Counted from the stretch's first letter, positions 37,640-48,245 are shown. The stretch: 64,000 nt of DNA from Candidatus Latescibacterota bacterium (GCA_965200315.1 OZ241362.1:2048001-2112000); one strand, 5' to 3'. The notes: generated by a model from the sequence alone, not told the origin. A program made the numbers and translations.

Positions 37640-40272
37640 GTGAGACGTCTAACGATACTATTGCTGTATAGCGGTTGGCTCCTCGGCTTGCCGCAGCCGG
37701 CGGCGGCCCAGCGCGCCACTGGATTTGACAATCCCTATTACACTTCAGCCACTGAAGTCGCGCCTTCAACCCTCGTCCCTTCGGTCCGCAAGTGGTACCA
37801 GCCGCAGCGCCTGTACGAACTCTACGACTGGCGGCAAGACCAGTACTCCAACTACGCACGCAACCCCTACCAACGCTACAACGACGTATTCTTGGAGGGA
37901 TCGCCCTTTTACGACATCTACGGCTCGTATATCAGCCAAGGTTGGCAGGTGTACAACTGGACCGAGGACTATCCCACGGCCAGCGGCAGCAGCATCTTCA
38001 AAAGCCCGCGCTTTAGCTCGTGGTTCAGCAACGTCCTCATCTCCTCCAGCCACTCCGGGCAGTTCCACTCCTCGCTGATGGTAGGCGACGGCATCCGCAC
38101 GACCCTGACGCCGCTCACCTTTTCCAAGCCGCGCTTCGACGGTGTGCAGTGGGACATGATGTCGGACAAATACGCCCTAACCCTGCTCACCTCGCGCATC
38201 AACAACACCGGTGTCGTCGCCGGCGTCGCCGGCGAGGCCGGCGTGAAGTTTAGCACCTTTACCAATATGTGGGCTGCGAAAGGCCAAGTCAGTATCGGCG
38301 ACTTCTCCAATATCGGCCTGACGTTTGTCAACGCCGCCCACATGAACTCCAACATTCCCTTTGGCGACAATTCGCTCAAAGGCCAGCTCAGCGGGCCGAT
38401 GAACAACGACTTCGTGCGCTCGATCATCGTGCGCATTTCCGACGACTCACCCGAAGACGGCGAAGGGGGTGCCCTGCTATCGCGCTGGCGCGTTTTCGCC
38501 AATGGCGTCGAGCACACCGACGACATCGCGCCCGTGGTAGAAGGTGGGTTCCGTCGTCGCGGCGTGATTGAAGCGAGCGGCACCGACGTAATAACCCTCA
38601 CGTTTAACATCGAGGACTTCGCGCCCACTGTTGACGACGAAATCGACGACTTCCGCGAGATTGAGCACGTCGAGATCGGCCTAGTACTGGCCAACGACTA
38701 CAAGGTCGAGGTCGCTTCCAACAAACAGACCAACCAACTCGGCTCACCAGTGTTCCTGACCGTGCTGCGCGCCCCGGGCAACGTCAAGGACGGCGCCAAC
38801 CAAGCCTTTCACACCTTTCGCTACGGTCTGCCCACCGGCAACCGGCTACTCGGCTTTGATCTGTCAATCAACGATGTCGCCGGTTTTGACCTAAAGGGAG
38901 AATACGTGCGGAACTTCCAGTACCGCCGCTTCCCCAACGAAAACTTCATCCGCGAGCAAGCCCTCGCCACCAACACCGCCGACGCCTTTTACATCACCGC
39001 GCAGAAGCGGCATTACCCATGGACGGTTTTTGCCGAAGCCTTTAGCATGGACGCCGAGTACTCAACCCAAGCCTTTATCCCCAACTCCGAGGGCGAGGTG
39101 TCCTACGGCAACGAACAACAAAGCGCGTACGAGTTCGTCGATGACAACGACGATCAAGACGAATTGCCCGACTGGACCCGGCGCTACCACGGCCCGCGCG
39201 TCAACACCCGCCAAGGAGTGGGGCTATTGACCGACAGCGCGGTTTTTCCTGGAATCGACGAAAACAACGACGATCTGTCGGATTTCAACCGCAACTTCAA
39301 CCGCCTACCCGACTACGCCGAGCCCTTTCTGCGCTTCGAGGTTGATCCCCCCGACTTTCTCTTTGGCATGGACATGAACAACAACGGGGTCATCGACCGC
39401 TTTGAAGACGACGCCGAAGCGGACTATCCCTACAAGCGCGGGCACCGGGATACAACACATACATAGGCGTTGAAATCGCGCCGGACATCAACCTCATGGC
39501 CGGTCGGCTCGACGAGCGTTTGCTAAAAACCGCCCGCGAAAACGCGACCACGTACCTGCTCTTGACCGCGAGCGAAAAATTCCCTCGCTACAACCTGCAA
39601 TTGCGGCTGATTGTCAATCCGCGCAAGGTCGCAGACGACATTCCCGAGGACGTCTTTTTGTGGGTTGATACGCCCGGCACCTTCGGAGAAGCGCGCTTTA
39701 TCCGCGACCAGCTCGTGGCGCGCGATGCGTTCGTCAACACCACGTATTTAGACGTGCGCTACGACCGCTACATCTCGTTTACCACCAAGGTCAAGCACGA
39801 ACAATACACGCAATTGGCGGCGGCGGCTGAAGCACTGAACAACCGGCGTTTCTTCGGCGTGATCAACAAGGCCCAGTACCCGCTCCGCCTGCGCTCTTGG
39901 GGTTTGACCCTGAACTGGAAACAGCTATACAGCAATCGGGTGCCGGCGGACAAGGGCGCGTTGCAAACGTCCGATCTAACGGAGATTTTCTCGCTGCTGG
40001 CCGACCGCGAGATCAACCGCCATATGAGCTTTACCGCGGGCGTCGAATACGAGATAGCCAACAATCTGGGCGAGCAGCTTGAGGGGCTTCTAGAGGACGG
40101 TACTACGCTGGTGCTGGCCGGCCAAATCGCCAACCAATCGGCCTATCAGGGGTATGCGCTGACGACCAACGTCGGGCTGCGCTGGACCCGCGAAGACCTC
40201 GACTCAGCTCCTGCGTCGGCCAAGCTATTCACCTTTATCAGCGTCTTCGCCGGGCTGGGCAAGGACCTGTGA
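37640..40272 (+). pseudogene. Large outer-membrane-like protein, paralogue of 6266..8929, split by a 1-nt frameshift at about 39448
   Basis: Shared WYxPQxLY..NYARNPY, DDSPEDG, YGLPT, DDNDDQD, GxDMNNN; adding one G gives GHRGYNTYIG, matching the paralogue's DHRGFNIHLG. Confidence 0.8.
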
Positions 40273-40509
40273 TTCAGTTTTGGGGACGCTCATGCTTCTA
40301 CGCTCCCGTGCTTTGATACGAACTCAGCCCCCGTTGCCAAAACTGATAGGTTGCCGCAAACAGCAGGCGGCCTCGCTCTTGCCGCCGAAGAAGAGCATGA
40401 TGGAGAACCAAATCAGGTTCCCGGCGAAGACGAAGGCGATCACCCATACGACCTCGAAGATGCCCCACTGCATCTCGACGAGTTGGCCGGCGACTACTAG
40501 ATAGATGGC

Positions 40510-40653
40510 CAGTGGGCTGTAAAAACAGCCTTTGAACGGCATAACGGCCCACGCGGAGCCGCCCATTTGCTCGGCGTCCATCCCAACACGCTGCGCAGCC
40601 GCCTGCGGAAGTTAGGCATTCCATTCCGCAAAAAGGAGCGAAGACGACGCTGA
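40510..40653 (+). pseudogene. Fis-type HTH remnant of a sigma54-dependent activator
   Basis: GPRGAAHLLGVHPNTLRSRLRKLGI. Confidence 0.65.
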
Positions 40654-40693
40654 CTATGTTCGGCTCACGATGCCGTTGGCAATGGCAGCGGCT

Positions 40694-42043
40694 TTACGGT
40701 CTGTCGAATGGCAAGCTGACCTCGGCGAGCACTTCCGCATTGATCGCAACGTCCGCGCTGTATTGCTCGCGCAGCCGCGCAATAAACGCATCCATAGCCT
40801 TGGTTGCCGCCTGCTGCCTCAGCAGGGTTTTGATGCTGTTATAGACCAAGGATATATCCGCCACTTTGCCGTCACTGCGGGTAAACATCTCGACGTTGGC
40901 ATCGTAGTGCGCACGAATGTCCGCTTCGGTGATGGGCTGCTGGCGCGCCACTTCTTGGCCCTCGGTGCGATAGAGCCACTCGACGATGAGCGCGTCGCGC
41001 TTGTGCTCGGCCTGGGCGCGCACCTCGGGGTCGCGGTCGTATTGCAGCTTGCGGCCCTCGGCCATCATAATCTGCACCCCGGCCAAGTTCTCGACCGCCT
41101 TGTAGCGGGCGGCACTGTCGAGCCGGCTGTGGCTCGCTTTTAGGCTGGCCCAGTACGCGGCCGTAGTCAGTTGGCCACCGCGCCAGCTAAAAAGCACCCG
41201 CTCCTCGCCATCGGGCGCGGACACGGCCAAGGCTTTTAACCCCTCGTCGTGATCCTCTAACTCGTATTCGCGGCGCAGGCGATGGACGTATTGTTGCATG
41301 TCGTCGGCCCGCTTTTGCACGCGCGCTTTTTCTTGCAGCCACTCGCGTTGGGCCGCAAAATCCACGTGCCGCCGTTGGTCGAGCCGGAAGACGTGATAGC
41401 CTATTTGGGTCTTCACCGGATGCGGATAGAGTTGGCCCTCGTCCATGGTCCGCAGCGGTTCCATCAACTCGGGCAGCATGTGGCCCATCTTGAACCACCC
41501 TAACCGGCCGGCCGGGCCAAAGCGCCGCTGGATGGCGGTCGTCGAATAAATGGGCACCAGCGACTCAAACGGAGTCCCTTCTTGCAGGGCCGTTAGTACT
41601 TCCAGGGCCTCCTCTTCAGTGGCGCAGACAATCTGCTGGCTCAAGACCTCGACATCGTATTCGCGTTCTTTGGCGAAATTCCGTAGCTCCTCTTCAGTTG
41701 ATTTATAGTCGCCGTGCAGGGCCTCTTCCTCGTACAGTTTGTTCATCACAGCCCTTTGCTCGATGCGCTCGACTTCGCCGGCAATGCTCGGCTCGCGGTC
41801 GAGGCCGCGGCGCAGCCCTTCGCGCACCAACAGTTCGCGGGCGATCACGCCGTTGAGCAGCGCTAGCTTGGCGTCTGCATTCATCTCCTTGATGTGCTTA
41901 TAGCCCGTTTCCAGCAGCTTTTGCGCTCGCTGGCTAAAGTCTTCCTTTGATAGGGTGGTTTCGCCGATGCGGGCGACGTAAGTAGGCTCAGATTCTGTTC
42001 CACAAGCCACGAGCGCGAGCAAGGCGATTATTCTCAACTTCAT
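40694..42043 (-). CDS. PpiC-type peptidyl-prolyl isomerase lipoprotein
   Basis: Lipobox LVAC, VARIGETTL, FESLV..GRLGWF..PVKTQIGYHVF. Confidence 0.8.
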   Translation of the reverse strand: MKLRIIALLALVACGTESEPTYVARIGETTLSKEDFSQRAQKLLETGYKHIKEMNADAKLALLNGVIARELLVREGLRRGLDREPSIAGEVERIEQRAVMNKLYEEEALHGDYKSTEEELRNFAKEREYDVEVLSQQIVCATEEEALEVLTALQEGTPFESLVPIYSTTAIQRRFGPAGRLGWFKMGHMLPELMEPLRTMDEGQLYPHPVKTQIGYHVFRLDQRRHVDFAAQREWLQEKARVQKRADDMQQYVHRLRREYELEDHDEGLKALAVSAPDGEERVLFSWRGGQLTTAAYWASLKASHSRLDSAARYKAVENLAGVQIMMAEGRKLQYDRDPEVRAQAEHKRDALIVEWLYRTEGQEVARQQPITEADIRAHYDANVEMFTRSDGKVADISLVYNSIKTLLRQQAATKAMDAFIARLREQYSADVAINAEVLAEVSLPFDRP

Positions 42044-42060
42044 ACGACAAATTTTCTCCA

Positions 42061-43716
42061 TTATTTTTTGACCGTTTCCTCAATGATAATGTGTTGATTG
42101 GCCGCCACATTTAAGAGGGTCTGTACCGAGCCGCTGGGCCAAAAAACTTGCAGTGAATCTACTTGAGTATGGCGACCCAAGCCCAGCGTTAGGCGCACGT
42201 CGCTGCTGCCCATGTATCCATAGCTGCGGCGGATTTCGCGCTTTTGCACGAGATCGCCCGCCACGGCCCGGATTTTGGTGCCGAGCGCGTCGCGATTGCT
42301 TTGGATGCCTACGGCTTCGACTGTCAGATGGTTATGACCGCTGTGGTCGTTGCGCAACAGCGTACAGTGCGGCGCAGCCGAATCCGAGACGAAGATGTCG
42401 CCGTCGCCGTCGTTGTCGTAATCACCCAACGCGGCACCGTGACTGACGCGCTCGACGAGCATCCCCGGGCCGCTATTGTTGCTTACGTCGGCAAAGGTTC
42501 CATCACCCTGATTGCGGAAGAGCTGGTTTTGCTGCGGATAAGTCGTGTCCGGGTCGAACTCGCGCACGTTTTCATCGAGATGGCCGTTGGTGACGAAAAC
42601 GTCGAGGAAGCCGTCGTTGTCGCTGTCGAAAAAGACCGCGGCCATGCCCAAGTAGGGCACGCTCGGTGCGCCGAGCTGAGCGGCAAACGTCAGGTCGCTG
42701 AAAAAGCCCCCGCCGTCGTTGTGGTAGAGCGTGTTGGGCAGCCACTGGAAGGTGGCGAGGATGATGTCGAGCTGGCCGTCGTTGTCGTAGTCGCCAAAGT
42801 CCGCGCCCATCGCAGACTCAGCGTATCCCTCCTCGTTGTACGCCACCCCGGCGATGATGCCGTGCTCGACAAAGGTGCCGTCGCCATTGTTGAGAAAGAG
42901 GAAATTGGGTTGGCGATCATTGGCAATGAATAGATCCGGGTCGCCATCGTCATCGCAGTCGCCAAACACCGCGGCCAGTTGTCGCCCCTCATTGCTGAAC
43001 AAGCCCGCCGCGCGCGTCACATTGGCAAACGCGAGGCTCCGACTCGAGCTCAGCCGAAAGTCGCCGTCGTTGCGATAGAGCACTCCGGCCTGGCCGGGGT
43101 ACGCGAGGGGACCACAGATGGAGCGCACTCCGCCTGTAAAGCACTCCTTGTTCGCGTCCAAGTCGAATTCCATGTAATTGGCCACGTAGAGATCCAAGTC
43201 GCCATCGCGGTCGTAGTCGGCAAAGGCCGCATGCGAGCCCCAACCTGGGTCGCCGAGATCCGTCCGATCCGTCGCATCGGCAAAGGTCCCGCCCTGCCCC
43301 TCGTTGTGATAGAGGACGTTGGGGCCGTAGTTGGTCACGTACAGATCGGGATTGCCATCGTTATCCACATCGCCGACCGCAGCTCCCATGCCGTACCCCG
43401 TGTCGCCAGTCTGCGTCGCCTCCGTAACATCTACAAAGGTGCCATCGCCCTCGTTGCGGTAGTGGGCATTAGTGCCGGGCGGACCGTCATAGCCGCGCAG
43501 GGCCGTGCCATTGACGATGTACAGGTCGAGGAAGCCGTCGCCATCGGCGTCGAAGAACGCCGCGCCCGAGCCGATAGCTTCGGGCATGTACTTCCGGCCG
43601 CTCGCACCGTTTACATAGCGGAAGTCAATGCCAGCGGCGCGGGTCACCTCGACGAAGTGGGGTGCGGACTGGGCGCTGACGCTAACTGCCACCAGTGAGA
43701 GGAGTAGCAAGATCAC
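42061..43716 (-). CDS. CRTAC1 family protein (FG-GAP/VCBS repeats + ASPIC/UnbV)
   Basis: Repeated DxDxDGxxDL, C-terminal SNRDALG..LGLG..WPSG. Confidence 0.9.
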   Translation of the reverse strand: MILLLLSLVAVSVSAQSAPHFVEVTRAAGIDFRYVNGASGRKYMPEAIGSGAAFFDADGDGFLDLYIVNGTALRGYDGPPGTNAHYRNEGDGTFVDVTEATQTGDTGYGMGAAVGDVDNDGNPDLYVTNYGPNVLYHNEGQGGTFADATDRTDLGDPGWGSHAAFADYDRDGDLDLYVANYMEFDLDANKECFTGGVRSICGPLAYPGQAGVLYRNDGDFRLSSSRSLAFANVTRAAGLFSNEGRQLAAVFGDCDDDGDPDLFIANDRQPNFLFLNNGDGTFVEHGIIAGVAYNEEGYAESAMGADFGDYDNDGQLDIILATFQWLPNTLYHNDGGGFFSDLTFAAQLGAPSVPYLGMAAVFFDSDNDGFLDVFVTNGHLDENVREFDPDTTYPQQNQLFRNQGDGTFADVSNNSGPGMLVERVSHGAALGDYDNDGDGDIFVSDSAAPHCTLLRNDHSGHNHLTVEAVGIQSNRDALGTKIRAVAGDLVQKREIRRSYGYMGSSDVRLTLGLGRHTQVDSLQVFWPSGSVQTLLNVAANQHIIIEETVKK

Positions 43717-43718
43717 GG

Positions 43719-44957
43719 TTAGTCCTGCGTTTGGCTTGCGGCATTGAATTTGCGGGCCAAGGCTGCGCCGCGCTGTAAGCGGGCGTTGTCCGGCTCAAAG
43801 TACAGGCCCCGCTCATAGCTTGCCAACGCTGGGGCAAATGCTTCTTGCATCATCAGCGCATTGCCGAGCGCGAGATGTGCGAGCACGTACGTGGAGTCGA
43901 CGCGCAGGGCTTGACGGAACAGAGACATGGCTTCGGCCACTTGGCGGCGGCGCAAATACAGGTTGCCCAAGTTGTGGTACGAGGGCGCGAAATTGGGGTT
44001 GCGGTCTAGGGCCTGTAAATAGTACAGGCGCGCTTGATCGTACTGTCCGCGCTGGCCGTATAGCGCACCTATCTTGTGGTACAGCTCGGCCTTGTCGGGC
44101 GTGCGGATTAGGGTAGTGCGTAGGCTGACGAGGAGCTTTTCCTGCTTTTCCAGTTCGTTGTACAGGGCCAACTGGCGACGGCCCTCTTCCTCCTCGCCAC
44201 TGCGCAACAGGGCATTGCCGAGACTGAAGCGAGCCCGCGCAAAGAGCGAATCGAGCGCCACCGCGCGCTGTAATTCAACTATGGCCGCGGCGTATTCGCG
44301 GCGCTTGTACAAGGCCGTGCCGCGGCCATGGCGGTACTTGGCCACGGTCGAATCGGCCGCTAGGGCGCGGATGTATGCCGCTTCGGCGGCAGTGTAGTCA
44401 TTGAGCTTGAGATGGGCCTCGCCGAGGTTGTACCACGCCTCTCCGTAGTCGTCTTGCAGGGCGACAGCACGGCTATACGCCGCAACGGCCTGCTCGTACT
44501 GGGCTTGGCGAAAGTACAGCAGCCCAAGCGCCATCTGAGCCCAAGCGTAATCCGGAGTCGCGTGTGTGACTTCCTCTAACAGGACGAGGGCCTCGGCGTG
44601 GCGATTGAGGCGAGTCAACACAATGGCCAGTTCGGTCTGCGCCTTGGCGTAATCAGGTTGCAGCGCGATGGCCTGTTCGTAGGCTTCTAGGGCCTCGGTC
44701 ATCTTGCTGTCGCGTGTGTAAGCGTCGGCTAGGTTGCGGTGGGCTACCGCAGAGTTCGGATCGCGTTCTACGGCGCGTTTCGCGGCTTCTATGGCGGCCG
44801 CATAGGGGCCCTCGTGCAGGCGACTTGCGAGCACCGCATCGGTTGGACGCGGCTGGCGGTCGTTGGGAGGTTCCTGACAGGCGACTAGGACTAGAAGCGA
44901 TAGGTAGCAGAGTAGGGACATCTTGAGGGTTGGGATAGGCTTTCCGGGAACATCCAT
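43719..44957 (-). CDS. TPR lipoprotein
   Basis: LVAC lipobox, many TPR repeats (AWYNLG, YHNLG). Confidence 0.88.
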   Translation of the reverse strand: MDVPGKPIPTLKMSLLCYLSLLVLVACQEPPNDRQPRPTDAVLASRLHEGPYAAAIEAAKRAVERDPNSAVAHRNLADAYTRDSKMTEALEAYEQAIALQPDYAKAQTELAIVLTRLNRHAEALVLLEEVTHATPDYAWAQMALGLLYFRQAQYEQAVAAYSRAVALQDDYGEAWYNLGEAHLKLNDYTAAEAAYIRALAADSTVAKYRHGRGTALYKRREYAAAIVELQRAVALDSLFARARFSLGNALLRSGEEEEGRRQLALYNELEKQEKLLVSLRTTLIRTPDKAELYHKIGALYGQRGQYDQARLYYLQALDRNPNFAPSYHNLGNLYLRRRQVAEAMSLFRQALRVDSTYVLAHLALGNALMMQEAFAPALASYERGLYFEPDNARLQRGAALARKFNAASQTQD

Positions 44958-45028
44958 GCGAATCTTGACTCATCCTTATCCTATAGAATATAGGACAATT
45001 TTTGGTATTCATAGATCGCCGGCATATT

Positions 45029-45449
45029 ATGATGAACAAAACAAGAAAAAATTTGAGTTTCGCAAAACATCCTTCCTCCATGAATATTCTTGGGTTCAAA
45101 GATGGAGATGAATGGTGTGCTTTAGGACTGGAAGTTGATATCCGAGGGTATGGGCACACATTTGAGGAAGCCTGCGCCGATCTTACTGATTTGATCACGT
45201 ATTCATATATGCTTTTCTATGTACAAAGAACAAATAGAACTCATCTTTCACCCTTCCGATCCCCAATTTTTCGACATTCTTAACATCATTAAAGATAAGC
45301 AACAACATAAACTCAATGATGATACAAAACACTATAGATCGAGTAAAATTTCCCTACGTGAGATAATCATAAAAATAGTTTCCAACCTCCAAGAGTTCGC
45401 TGACTATCAAAGGTTGAACGTCGAACATGGCGAAAACGTACTCCATTGA
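45029..45449 (+). pseudogene. HicB-like antitoxin, frameshifted
   Basis: EWCALGLEVDIRGYGHTFEEACADL; continues in another frame; AT-rich. Confidence 0.55.
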
Positions 45450-45660
45450 CGAACTCTTCAAATTGCTCAAAAACTACGACGAAAAATTTGAGTTTTATTA
45501 GAGAGGCAAAGGTAGCCATAGAACAATTTATCACCCTGATATAAATGGAGAAGCAAAATCCTTCCCTATCAAATATCATGGCGGCAGCACTGATGTCCTA
45601 TAAGGGACCCTCAGTGCCATAAAAAGACGATTTGAATTACCCGACGATCTATTTCACTAA
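45427..45660 (+). pseudogene. hicA: HicA-like toxin with two in-frame stops
   Basis: MAKTYSIDELFKLLK..FY*RGKGSHRTIYHP..YHG..L*GTLSAIKRRF. Confidence 0.7.
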
Positions 45661-46091
45661 AATCCACTTCTATCAGTTTCTAATCTCACGTAGATATGCG
45701 AGTTCAAGAGTACAAAGGCTCTAATTCACGTTCGCTCAATTCGATCTGTTGAGGACGTTTTTTCTTTGCTCTTTGAACTATCTCGCCGTTTGAGACAGCC
45801 TCAACAAACTCTTGCGTACGAAATGTAGGCCCCCCCGACAGGCCGCATACATGGCCATAAAACAGTGGTTGCTTTGGCGACGCTCGCATTTTTTGTACTT
45901 CCGGGTCGGTCTAGCCCCTAAAGGTTTCACTCATGGGTTGTACTCTATACAGTCGAACCCCGCACAGCCCCGTCTTCTCCTCTGAGCCGCTGTGGCATGG
46001 ATATTGCAATGTCAATTAGGAATTAAGAATTGACCCAACCACCCCTTCCGGTTCGGACGGCTTGGTACGCTCTAATTCCTAATTGACCGCC

Positions 46092-47030
46092 ATGGCCGAA
46101 TTTGATACCATCCCCAAATACTTGATTCAACGCTATCCGGCTGATTTCGTCCGTTTCAGCCTCGGCCGCGACGACGTCGAAGTCTTAGACACGCTCGACA
46201 CTGAGCAACCCACCGTCGCCGCCCACCGCACTGATAGCCTGCTGCGCGTACGGCTCGGCGGCAAGAAGGTGTTGGTTCATACGGAGTTTCAAACCACCGA
46301 CCGCACTGACCCGCCCATGCCGCGGCGGATGGCCGGCTACATTGGGTGGCTTGTCGAGAAATACGGCCTGCCGGTGTATGCTATCGTGATCTACCTGCGG
46401 CCGGCGGCGGGCCGGCGCGATCCGGGGCACTATTCCCAAGAGCCGCCCGGCCACCGTATCTTAATTGAATACCAAGTGATCCGAATGAGCGAACAGGACG
46501 GCCAGCGCATCCTCGAATCGGGGGCTATGGGGCTGCTGCCGTTTGCGCCGTTGATGCAGCCATCGGCGGGGCAAACGGCAGAGGATTGGCTCCAAGTATG
46601 TGTGTGTGCGGTGCAGGCGCAGCCGCTGGACCGTTCGGCGAAGGCCGATTGTCTGGCCGGGATGTCGCTGCTGAGCGGGTTGGTGTACGCGCCGGAAACC
46701 ATTGCTACTATCCTTTCTCAGGAGGGGATCATGGACCTTATCCGCGAATCATCGTTTGCCCAATACCTGACCAAACAAGCCCGAGCGGAAGGCATTGAGC
46801 AGGGGCTGGAGCAAGGCCGAGAAGAAGGCCGAGAACATGGCGGCCGAGAACGCGCCATTGAAGATCTACTCGATGTGCTGGAGATTCGCTTTGCGCTGGC
46901 CGAGTCGGATCCATTAGCCGCTCGCATTGGAGCGATTGACGATGTGCAGCGCCTCAAGCAGTTGTTTCGGGCGGCCATACAGGTGCCCAGCCTCGAAGCC
47001 TTCAGACACCTGTTAGACGCCGACGAGTAG
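46092..47030 (+). CDS. Rpn family PD-(D/E)XK nuclease / putative transposase
   Basis: TDSLLRV..HTEFQT..MPRRMAGY, VIYL, GLLPFAPLM, EQGREEG repeats. Confidence 0.85.
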   Translation: MAEFDTIPKYLIQRYPADFVRFSLGRDDVEVLDTLDTEQPTVAAHRTDSLLRVRLGGKKVLVHTEFQTTDRTDPPMPRRMAGYIGWLVEKYGLPVYAIVIYLRPAAGRRDPGHYSQEPPGHRILIEYQVIRMSEQDGQRILESGAMGLLPFAPLMQPSAGQTAEDWLQVCVCAVQAQPLDRSAKADCLAGMSLLSGLVYAPETIATILSQEGIMDLIRESSFAQYLTKQARAEGIEQGLEQGREEGREHGGRERAIEDLLDVLEIRFALAESDPLAARIGAIDDVQRLKQLFRAAIQVPSLEAFRHLLDADE

Positions 47031-47080
47031 GCCCGCCGTGTAACATCATCCTTGCCCTACCTGTCCTTGTGGAGATTCTC

Positions 47081-47276
47081 ATGACGACTACCGATTTGAT
47101 CACCGCCGACGAGTTGTTGCAGATGAAGGACGATGGCTTCCGCTACGAACAGGTCCGAGGGGGTCGCTCTGTACCACTCGCGCAGCGACATTCGCATCCT
47201 GACCACTGACGACATACTCGACGGCGGCGACGTGGTGCCGAACTGGATTCTGCCGGTGCGAGATATATTCATCTAA
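47081..47276 (+). pseudogene. Uma2 family endonuclease, internally deleted
   Basis: MTTTDLITADELLQMKDDGFRYE joined out of frame to LDGGDVVPNWILPVRDIF*. Confidence 0.75.
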
Positions 47277-47282
47277 ATATCT

Positions 47283-48245
47283 CTACAACACCCCTCGATG
47301 CCCCCGGCGAACGGCCTCGCACAAACGCATGGTATGCACCGCGTCGTCCAAATTCGACCACGGCGTACGATCATCCAGAATGCAATCGACAAAGTGGACG
47401 ACCTCGTTGAAACCGGCCCCACCCATTGTTTCCATCTCCTCGTCCTCTACGGTAAAAGGCTCCCCCTTATCATACCCCTCCACCTGCGGCCCCCGGGTCA
47501 TATCCAGATAGATCGACAAATCTTCACCGTGTACTTCGGCCCGCTGAATGCGGTAACCAACTCCGTAGTGGCTCATCATGGTGCCGAAGGTGCCTGTATC
47601 GAAACGCACCACGGCGTTGTGCCGATGACACCCGGGCCGCTCGCCGTCTTGCACCATCCCCTGCACCTCCACCGGGATGGCCGCTTCCTCGGCGCTGCGG
47701 CCAGCCAGCCAGCGCAGCAAATCGACGTGGTGAATGGCGTCGCATATCACCGGATCGGGCGCTGCCGGCCCCAACAGGGTCACCGGCTTGTTATATGTGG
47801 CCGCGCAATGCACCGCGCCGCCAGCCGCGTGGATGCGCTGCCGTGCGGCTAGCATTTGGGGAAAGTAACGCCGATTAAAAGACACCAACGCCTTGCCTGC
47901 GCTCTGCTTTGCCGCTTGCGCCATTTGCGCGGTCTCAGCCGCGGTCATGCCCGGGGCTTTCTCCACCGAAGTGTGTAACCCGCGCTCCAAGCAATTGAGC
48001 ACGATGGGCAGCAAGTGGCCGGGCATGGTGACTACGTGAACTACGTCCGGCTGGCAGACATCGAGCATCTCCCGATAGTCGGCAAAGGCGCGTTCCGGCC
48101 CCCATTCGGCCAGATTTTTGTGCAGCCGCTCCTCGTCCAGCTCGGCAATGCCCACCAAGCGCAGGCGCGGCTCGTCGGCAATCATACGGAAGTGCGATTG
48201 GGCGTGGCCGCCGCAGCCGATGACCGCTACTTTCAAATCTGCCAT
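47283..48245 (-). CDS. Gfo/Idh/MocA oxidoreductase
   Basis: VAVIGCGG, VEKAP, FNRRY, DAIHHVD. Confidence 0.9.
   Translation of the reverse strand: MADLKVAVIGCGGHAQSHFRMIADEPRLRLVGIAELDEERLHKNLAEWGPERAFADYREMLDVCQPDVVHVVTMPGHLLPIVLNCLERGLHTSVEKAPGMTAAETAQMAQAAKQSAGKALVSFNRRYFPQMLAARQRIHAAGGAVHCAATYNKPVTLLGPAAPDPVICDAIHHVDLLRWLAGRSAEEAAIPVEVQGMVQDGERPGCHRHNAVVRFDTGTFGTMMSHYGVGYRIQRAEVHGEDLSIYLDMTRGPQVEGYDKGEPFTVEDEEMETMGGAGFNEVVHFVDCILDDRTPWSNLDDAVHTMRLCEAVRRGHRGVL

Noticed and set aside
45704-45933. Small minus-strand ORF fragment
   Set aside because: Interrupted by a stop and has no recognisable family.
46092-47030. Active IS element
   Set aside because: No terminal repeats or target duplication; Rpn proteins are not demonstrated transposases.
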